DNA of 39,552 nt from Octopus bimaculoides (taxonomy: Eukaryota): contig NC_068991.1 of NCBI RefSeq assembly GCF_001194135.2, positions 80,451,760 through 80,491,311 of the forward strand, written 5' to 3'. Position 1 is the first letter of the stretch, and each line of letters starts with the position of its first letter. Below are positions 32,241-39,552 of the stretch, piece after piece. The position numbers and the translations under genes are program-made. A model generated the notes under the pieces. The model ran no database searches, was not told the DNA's origin, and saw nothing but the letters and a program-made list of their open reading frames with translations.

Positions 32241-35200
32241 TTCTAGCTAAAAAGTGCTTCAATACACCATTAATAAAGGCTTATTTACATTTTTGTATAT
32301 GTATTGTAAATATAATACTAAAATGTTTTTACAATTTAATATTTTCTATGCTTGTTTTCATAAAATATTCAATAAATGGCTGTGAGAATCGCCGATTTTC
32401 TTAAAATACTGACATAATGAAGTAGAAAATCTAATTTAGATTTCCAAATAATTAATAATTGAATATTTGATTTTTGTGTAGGAATGAGGGCCAAACTGAA
32501 AAAAAAGAAACCTAATTCTTTATATTATATTATTATTAAAAACATATAAAAAGAAAGCTTTAATTATATCAAAGAAGTAAAGTGATTTCTTACCCCCAAA
32601 ACACGGATTTATTTAAGAATTAAAATAATTACATTCTTCATATTCTGGAGAAATGTCATTATTCGCACGTTTTCATCTTTCACTATTTTCTATATAAACG
32701 TTTCTATTCAACGGGAAAACAAATGTAATTGAATGTTTTATTGTTAAATGCTCAAAATCCATATCGCAAACATCAAAATACACACACCAACCATTTTTCT
32801 TTTTTATTATTATTATTTTTTAGAATATGACATTAAACGGAAAGGTACACACCTTAAGAAAAATAGAATTGAAATGAAGATCAGCAATTGTTTTCGCAAT
32901 GATTCGGGAGAAATACACTAATAATTTGCAGTCGTTTGACTTCAGAGAAGGCGGCGAAGTTGCGAAAGAAATTTAAAACAGTTTATAAAATATTCGCGAC
33001 ACAGTTGCGTCCAAATTCCGCAATGACAAAAGCAGACGAATTTCAAATTTGGGAAATTGTTTTTCGAAGCATCAATATTTTAAATCTTTGGTTATACACC
33101 AGCCAAGTTTGATTGATCAAACCATTTTCACGTAGGCGTCAATGTTTTTATGGCAACACAGTTAATTACTCGTAGCTGGCCTTTGCCTTTTATGGCAATA
33201 TAGTTGGGTTCTGATCCTAAGCAGCGGATCTGAGCGAGAGGATTCGAAATTCAGTAGAGACCTTGGCTGGTGTGTAACCAAATTGTTAGTGACTTGAATT
33301 TAGTTTTATGAATTTTCCCATCAAAATAGATCGGTCGAAAGTTCTGTAAGCATAACAAAATTTTATAAAAGTTGGGATTTCAAACTCCCAAGGAGAACAA
33401 CCTCGAGTGCTACAGAGTTCTGTCGGTCAGTTCTGTGATAAAGTAGTCCCACTTTTTCTACTTGTTTTGTCTTTAATAACCATGCACATTTTTTAAAAAT
33501 AAAAATAGCTAAAGTATTTTACGCAATGAATACTTGTAGCCATTTCTATCATTGCCTCTTGTATAATAAATATTTGCAGTTCTCCATCGCTGACCCTGGA
33601 GCGGATCATTGCAGACGCCATACCAAGCTTTAGAACTTGCAACAAAGGATTTGTTTCTCTTGACAAAAATTCCGAGTTCATAATATCACTAAAAACAAAG
33701 TTGCACACTAACGCAAGAAGTTCTTAAAGATTGTGAACTAACTTAGAGCCAAGATTCAGTAATGCTGCATATTTAGACATTCCTAGAAAGCACCAGTTCG
33801 AGTCATGTCGATTTTTTTTTCTTTTAGATACAAAAGTTCACACACTAGTAAAGGAAAAAATGTCAGATTTTTGGAGCCTCTGCCCACAATTCAGTTGTTT
33901 TGAAATCAAAAGTCGGTAGCCATATAAATTATTTTTTAGAGTTTGTTAATACGTGACAATTCTTTTAAATAAAATCTCGATTTGCAAGGCGAAAAGTAAA
34001 CTGCTAAGATTTATTAACGATTTCAAAAATGAATTTCAATCTTTATTTTTCAATTTCAAAATTAAGGAACCAAACATCAATTCTCCAAATAAAATTAACA
34101 AGCACCCAATAAATGAACAGTTATTATGACCAAATTCAGCAACACTCTTAGAATAGCCTGCTGTTAACAACACATTTCTCCGAACTCTTTGATTATTTTC
34201 TTTCTATTTGTAAAAAGAAAATCTTTCCCGAAATATTGCAGCCTTCTTAAATAACTTTTATATTTGGTTAATGCATTATTTTTTTCTCTTTGCTTTCATT
34301 TATTGAGATCATCTGACATATTTTGCCCAACTCCTCATCAGCTTTACTCAAAAGGTTTTATATCATTTATTTATACTGAAATTTTAGTGCCTCTAAAAAC
34401 AGAATTTGACATTTCTTTCAAACATTTTTGTCAACTACACATTTTTTTTATTTTTTCATTTTCTCTTTCATATTGCTTCAGTGAAGATGTAGAAAATTGT
34501 TCTACGAAGACAGGAGCTCTGTTCAACTTGTTTGACAGTTATGACATTGAATTAAAGTTATCAAGATTCGAGTTTTTATTTATTTATTTTAGAATAAAGT
34601 TTCAACTGAAAATACCCTAAATCAAAAATGATACTCGAGGAATATTTTTCTTCCATCTATCTTTGGAAAGAATAATTCTCGTACACGGATATGATAAAAT
34701 CTGTTAAAATGTGTTGACAAACTTAGGCCTCGAAAGTTCTTGATGTCTATGATTGTCAAATCACACAGAAATAATATTTAGCTAACAATATATAATGACC
34801 TCATCATCTTTTGTTGTTGTTTTTTTTTCTTTTCGTCATAGTATATCTAGATAGAACTATAAGCGCAAGCAGAATTACCAAATGGTTAAGAAGCTCGCTT
34901 CGCAACCACAAGGACCCGGGTTCGACTCCACTGTAGGAAATTTTGAGCTATATCATTTTTTTATAGTCTCGGGTCGAGCGATACTTTGGTCGACGGAAAC
35001 TGTATAGAAGCGTATCGGGTGGGTTGTAATTCTAAAGAGACAGCCTTGTCACACTTGTTCTGTCTATGAATTGCATTAAGGGTACAGATGTCTGTAGTAG
35101 CACGTTGACTGAACAACTGAATCCTCGTCGTTGAACGATGGAAACCCACAACTGCTGCCACCACCACACTATCTAGGAATATGAATCCTATGAGTGTAGT

Positions 35201-35729
35201 TGGGGTTAACTGATTATTTGGAGGAGATGTGGGAGCTATTTCTTCCACGTTATGCAACCATTGTCTTTTACCGCTGGAGGCCTTTTCTCCTATTAACCAC
35301 TTCCATGTGAAGCACACACACGCACAAATATTTAAAAATAATACGTGTGTGTGCGTGCGTTGCAACCCTGCTCGATATGACCTATGGTTAAAGCTGTAAC
35401 AGTTATCAGTTTGTATATTTACAACCACATTATGGAATATGATTTCCTTTTGGCGGGCTTTGAGTGAGATTTAACTGTAATTCGTAGCATGTCACTCATA
35501 TACGTGTGTCTGCGTGTTATGTCGGTCTCCTTCACTTACCACTCTTGCCCCAACACAAGTTTGACGGGGTTATTTATTTCCATACACTGCCTCCTGCATG
35601 GAACGACTAAACTCTTACAAGATGGACAAACCAAATAAAAACAACCAGAGAGAAAAAAAGGGTGAATCTCCTTTGTGAGTCATACCGTCTCATAAGAGTC
35701 GGTTTTCTAGTTTGTGTGACGTTCATATC

Positions 35730-35910
35730 ACCCTCTGGGCGGGACGCTGGTCATTGTAGGATTACTCATTTTTGCCAGCTGAACGCTTGAGGCAACATGA
35801 AATGAAGTGTTTTCCTCAAGAACACAAACATTGTCCGGTTCAGGAATCGAGACCACAATCTTACGATCATAAATCCAACACCCACTCCCTAACCACTAAG
35901 CCACACGTTT
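35730..35910 (-). mobile_element. tRNA-headed SINE family D
   Basis: Minus strand GTGGCTTAGTGGTTAGG..GTGGTCTCGATTCCTG..TGTTCTTGAGGAAAACACTTCATTTCA..CAGCTGGCAAAAATGAGT. Confidence 0.75.
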
Positions 35911-36003
35911 TTACGAACACCAAATGTAAACACAGCCACAATCTTATAAAACAGAGCAACAGATGTTCAGATAATACAAAAAAGACTTTTTTTTTTCAGA
36001 ATT

Positions 36004-36032
36004 TTTATTCCAGTTTATTATTATTTTTTATT
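36004..36032 (-). terminator. Cluster of three AATAAA hexamers, candidate poly(A) signal of lipase gene 2
   Basis: Plus-strand TTTATT at 36004, 36014 and 36027, about 100-120 nt after the stop. Confidence 0.4.
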
Positions 36033-36129
36033 TCCAGCTTGAAACGCGTGAGATCTTTTTGTATTTTCGTTTTCTCTCCTTCTTCTTCTGTATGTTTCTA
36101 TGAAAGATCGTTTCTTGCAGAAGAATTCT

Positions 36130-36208
36130 TCAAGGGCATTTGGTAGAGACTTGATATCTTCTGCTCTTTCTCGATGTTATCGTTGTACCACTTACACAAA
36201 ATATTGAG
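36130..36208 (-). CDS. Lipase gene 2 (paralog), terminal exon (SIFCVSGTTITSRKSRRYQVSTKCP*)
   Basis: TTATTCCAG| acceptor, phase 2; 11 of 25 residues identical to lipase 1 exon 9 by hand alignment, including FCV, ITS, RR and the final Cys. Confidence 0.85.
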
Positions 36209-36529
36209 CTGGAATAAATATATAAAACGTATATGAAATATCCATAATGATTATTATTTTTGAAAAGTACAATTAGGCCGCGAAAATTCTTGGCGTTAAT
36301 GGTTGTCAAATTCCTCACAGAAATAAGAATATTTAGCTAACAATGTATAATGACCTCACCATTTTTTTGCTTTTTGTTATAATATATCTAGATAGAACCA
36401 TATTCACAATATTATCAAATGGTTAAGAAACTTCCTTCGCAACCACAAGGACCCGGATTCGACTCCACTGTAGGAAATTTTGGCCGGTATCATTTTCTAT
36501 AGTCTTAGATCGAGCCATACCTTGGCATT

Positions 36530-36699
36530 GAAAGTATTTGTTTTATCTAGGATGTGTGCGCTGCCTAGTAGTGTTATTTTTTGTATGTTATATATACTTG
36601 TAAACCCTGGTGTTTCTGTTATGTATTTATCTGAATGTTTTTACCATACCCAATGCGCCTACTATAATAGGAATTGTTTCCATTTTAGGTTCCACATTC

Positions 36700-36700
<1 letters not shown>
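36530..36700 (-). mobile_element. R4/Dong-type LINE C-terminal fragment A
   Basis: RMWNLK..(fs)IIVGALGM.KHSDKYITETPG..IQKITLLGSAHIL. Confidence 0.75.
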
Positions 36701-36755
<55 letters not shown>

Positions 36756-37525
36756 TGATGAAAACTCAGCTTATTTTGCTGGATATGATGGAAAGTGTCA
36801 GCTGTTCACACCCAGCAGACTAAGGTGACACTTGTTTACTGATCATGCTTCAAGAACCCTATGGAGAACTCTTGCAGTTCCAAGCAATGATGATTTTTGT
36901 AGGTGTTCTATCTTTACATTTGCGCCAATCTTTTCTGAGCCATGCTGGTAGTTGAGTGCTGATATTTCCAAACGCACCAATCACTACACGTGTCACGTCC
37001 ACTCACTTCATTGCCCACAACCTGCGATTTCTCACTTCAAATCGTCATGGATGTTCAATTTTTCTTCTTCTTTCTCTTTGACCTTGCTGTCCCCGGGACA
37101 TGCAATGTCGATTATCATGCAAGTTTTTTTTTTCTTTTTTGTTCACCGCAATAATGTCAAGTTTCCGATATCTGATCTGACGATTACCCTGAATCATTAC
37201 GTTCTACAGGATTTTGCAATCCTCATTCTCAATAACTCCTTCTGGAATTTGGTCATACCAAGTCTTTGCTCTTTGTAGGCCATGATTTCCAGAGACCCCA
37301 ATGGATCGTCCTTTCCACATTGTCATGATGTCTTTTGTATTCGCATTTTATCAATTTCGGGCATTCACTAACAATGCGCCATATGGTTTCACCTCTCTCG
37401 CTACACATTCTGCATTTGTCGCTCTTGGTAGTGTTGTAAATTCTGCACTTCACATAGTTCGTCCTTAACGCTTGTTCTTGTGCCACAAATATAAGTGCTT
37501 CTGATCCTCATCATCACTATTATTA

Positions 37526-37578
<53 letters not shown>

Positions 37579-37586
37579 GTTATTAT

Positions 37587-37631
<45 letters not shown>
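36701..37631 (-). mobile_element. R4/Dong-type LINE 3' fragment B (36756-37500), bounded by (TAA)n tracts on both sides
   Basis: AQEQALRTNY..DKCRMC..ETIWRIVSECPKL..YKRHHDNV..IHWGL (CCHC knuckle), then a degenerate REL domain (IIDIACPGD, VVIGAFG). Tracts at 36701-36755 and 37518-37631. Confidence 0.85.
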
Positions 37632-37639
37632 GGGCAGTG

Positions 37640-37820
37640 TGTGGGCAGAATCATTGTATTTCTTTCGGTTCTTTACGTTCTACGTTTAAATCCTTCCAAA
37701 GCAATCTTTGCCTTTCATGCTTGTGGGATTGATAAAATAAAGTACCAGTCGAGTACTGGGGTCGATTTCATTCTCTAATCTCATCCCACAAACTTCATTA
37801 TTTGTGCCTATCTTAGAAAC
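37640..37820 (+). mobile_element. SINE family A, degenerate
   Basis: ctttacgttc..ctttgcctttcatgc..gataaaataaagtaccagt..tactggggtcgat. Confidence 0.7.
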
Positions 37821-37972
37821 ACGATTTCTTACGGAAGCGACCATCAAAATACCTTACAACAGTATATAATTGTTGATCGTTACATTCTGAGTTCAGATCC
37901 TGCTGAAGCCCACTTTGCATTTCATCCTTCTAGAGTCGATTATGTATAGTAGCAATTATATACATGCATATG

Positions 37973-38020
<48 letters not shown>

Positions 38021-38554
38021 TGTATGTATACATATATCATATATAAACATATATATATATATCATATATACATATACACATATATATGTATATATATGTG
38101 TGTGTATGTATGTATATGNNNNNNNNNNTGCCATCTATCGGAATTCCGAGACATCGACGTTTCTAGCTCCTTAGTTGATATCAATGGGAAATACCTAAGA
38201 GTGGCAACTTTGGAATTTATGAAACTCGCTTTATTTACCAAGTGAATAAAATTGGGATATATTACAGAAAGTGTAATGATATTAATAAGTATTAAAAAGT
38301 AGCAACTCATTTCTGTACAATCACTTGATCTTGGTATGACTTCTGTTGATCCCTCTCTATTGCAAGTATTCGATTCAGATATCACACTCTCTCCTAGTCC
38401 ATAGACCTATAGATCATTATAGCTACATATTACCTGCATTAATCTCACCAGACCAGTCAAGAAAAGAGCTGCACAAGTTTTCGCAGTTCCCCCTTCCCTT
38501 GATGAGTTTAATGAAAAAGAAAATAAGGAATTAATTTTTCAAAATGTAACTCAC

Positions 38555-38737
38555 TTTTCTTCACTTTCACCTTGAAATATTTGAAAACTCTCCAGTTTCC
38601 AGTCGTCAGAAAATATGATATTAATAAGGTTGTCCGTTTCATCGTACTCTAAATCAACATATTGTAAATGTCCTACATCAGTTCGCGATATCAAGAAATG
38701 GACAAACTTTTCATCGGGACTTACTAAAGTATTGTGA
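38555..38737 (-). CDS. Lipase gene 2 (paralog), penultimate PLAT exon (HNTLVSP...DVGHLQYVDLEY...DDWKLESFQIFQGESEE-N)
   Basis: CTTTTAG| acceptor, AA|GTGAGT donor. Exactly 183 nt and the same phases as lipase 1 exon 8; 23 of 60 residues identical by hand alignment. Upstream exons lie beyond the window. Confidence 0.88.
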
Positions 38738-38989
38738 CTAAAAGAAATAATAGAGAATTGTAATTTACTTTAAATATCTGTGAATTATATAAATGCTTGA
38801 AAAAGAAAACGTTTGAGCAATGCAAGTGAGAAATTATGTTAAACATGTAAAGCAGTGTCAACAAATGAAAACAAAACGAAAATATATTGTAATACCTTAC
38901 ATGGGTTATTTAATTAGCCTATAATATTTCGGAAAAGATTCACCTTTACAAATAAAAGGAAGAAATTAATCAAAATGTCCGAAGACATG

Positions 38990-39233
38990 TGTTGTTACTG
39001 ACAGGCCATTCTAGTGAGATCAGAAATGCACATATCGTCAGCCACTAAGGAACATGTCCAACTAGTTAAAGTCAAGCAACTGACATGCAAATCTGTGGTA
39101 TTGAGAAGAATATTTGCTGTAGCCCATCTTTTATACCAAGACAAAACAATGTACATGATAATACTTCCATTCAGTTAAAATCAAAAACCATGAGAGCCAC
39201 TGTCTAGTACTGCATTCGGGCATTTATTTATTG

Positions 39234-39234
<1 letters not shown>
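38990..39234 (+). repeat. Probable interspersed repeat 3' end terminating in a (TTA)n tail
   Basis: Non-coding, higher-complexity segment ending gcattcgggcatttatttatt.. and running into the TTA tract. Recalled as a common octopus repeat; not verifiable here. Confidence 0.4.
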
Positions 39235-39267
<33 letters not shown>

Positions 39268-39552
39268 GCCTTTGCACAGCTTCTAACGCTGGAGATGTAC
39301 TACAGTGTCAGCTGTTAACTACCAGTGAACTAAGGTAACACCCCTTATTTTTCAAGCCCCTTCCAGAGTATTCGAGCGGTTCCAAGCAGTGCTGTTTTCT
39401 GCATGTGCTCCACCCTTATTGCAGCCCCTATTTGTTCCACGTACTTCTCAAGTTTTTTACTCACTGTTCCCAGGGCTCCGACAATTATTGGTATTACTAT
39501 CACCTTTTTCATCGACCACAACTGCTTAACCTCCCAAGCTAACTTGTCATAT
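39235..39552 (-). mobile_element. R4/Dong-type LINE 3' end C with (TAA)n tail, open frame, continues off right edge
   Basis: YDKLAWEVKQLWSMKKVIVIPIIVGALGTVSKKLEKYVEQIG..MQKTALLGTARILWKGLEK*, then a 3' UTR and the TAA tail. Confidence 0.85.

Noticed and set aside
33493-33720. Stop-poor stretch with exon-like boundaries on both strands
   Set aside because: No recognisable protein family and no partner exons; left unassigned.
34264-35428. ORFs of 118 aa (+) and 155 aa (-)
   Set aside because: Non-ATG starts, low-complexity composition or overlap with a SINE, and no domain similarity.
38895-39010. GTAAGG donor-like site as possible exon 7 of lipase 2
   Set aside because: The required frame contains an in-frame TAA and shows no similarity to lipase 1 exon 7; the real exon is probably beyond the window.

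Overview
AT-rich, microsatellite- and retroposon-dense animal genomic DNA with six N-gaps. It is probably a coleoid cephalopod such as Octopus, inferred from the repeat families rather than proven. Spliced by hand, the minus strand holds a complete 9-coding-exon, 486-aa secreted pancreatic-lipase-family gene (CDS 27876->11831) with signal peptide, intact Ser-Asp-His triad, long lid and PLAT domain. Only three of its nine exons show up, partially, as called ORFs. Upstream on the same strand are the last two exons (38555-38737, 36130-36208) of a second, strongly diverged lipase paralog, so this is a tandem lipase cluster that runs off the right edge. A single-exon 407-aa rhodopsin-class orphan GPCR with non-canonical activation motifs (4059-5282, +) converges on the lipase. 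The rest is decayed or young mobile DNA: Tx1/L1-type, CR1-type, RTE, R4/Dong-type and Penelope retroelement fragments, a mariner remnant, a piggyBac-like MITE, several SINE families, and mini/microsatellites. No prokaryote-type system (CRISPR etc.) is supported.
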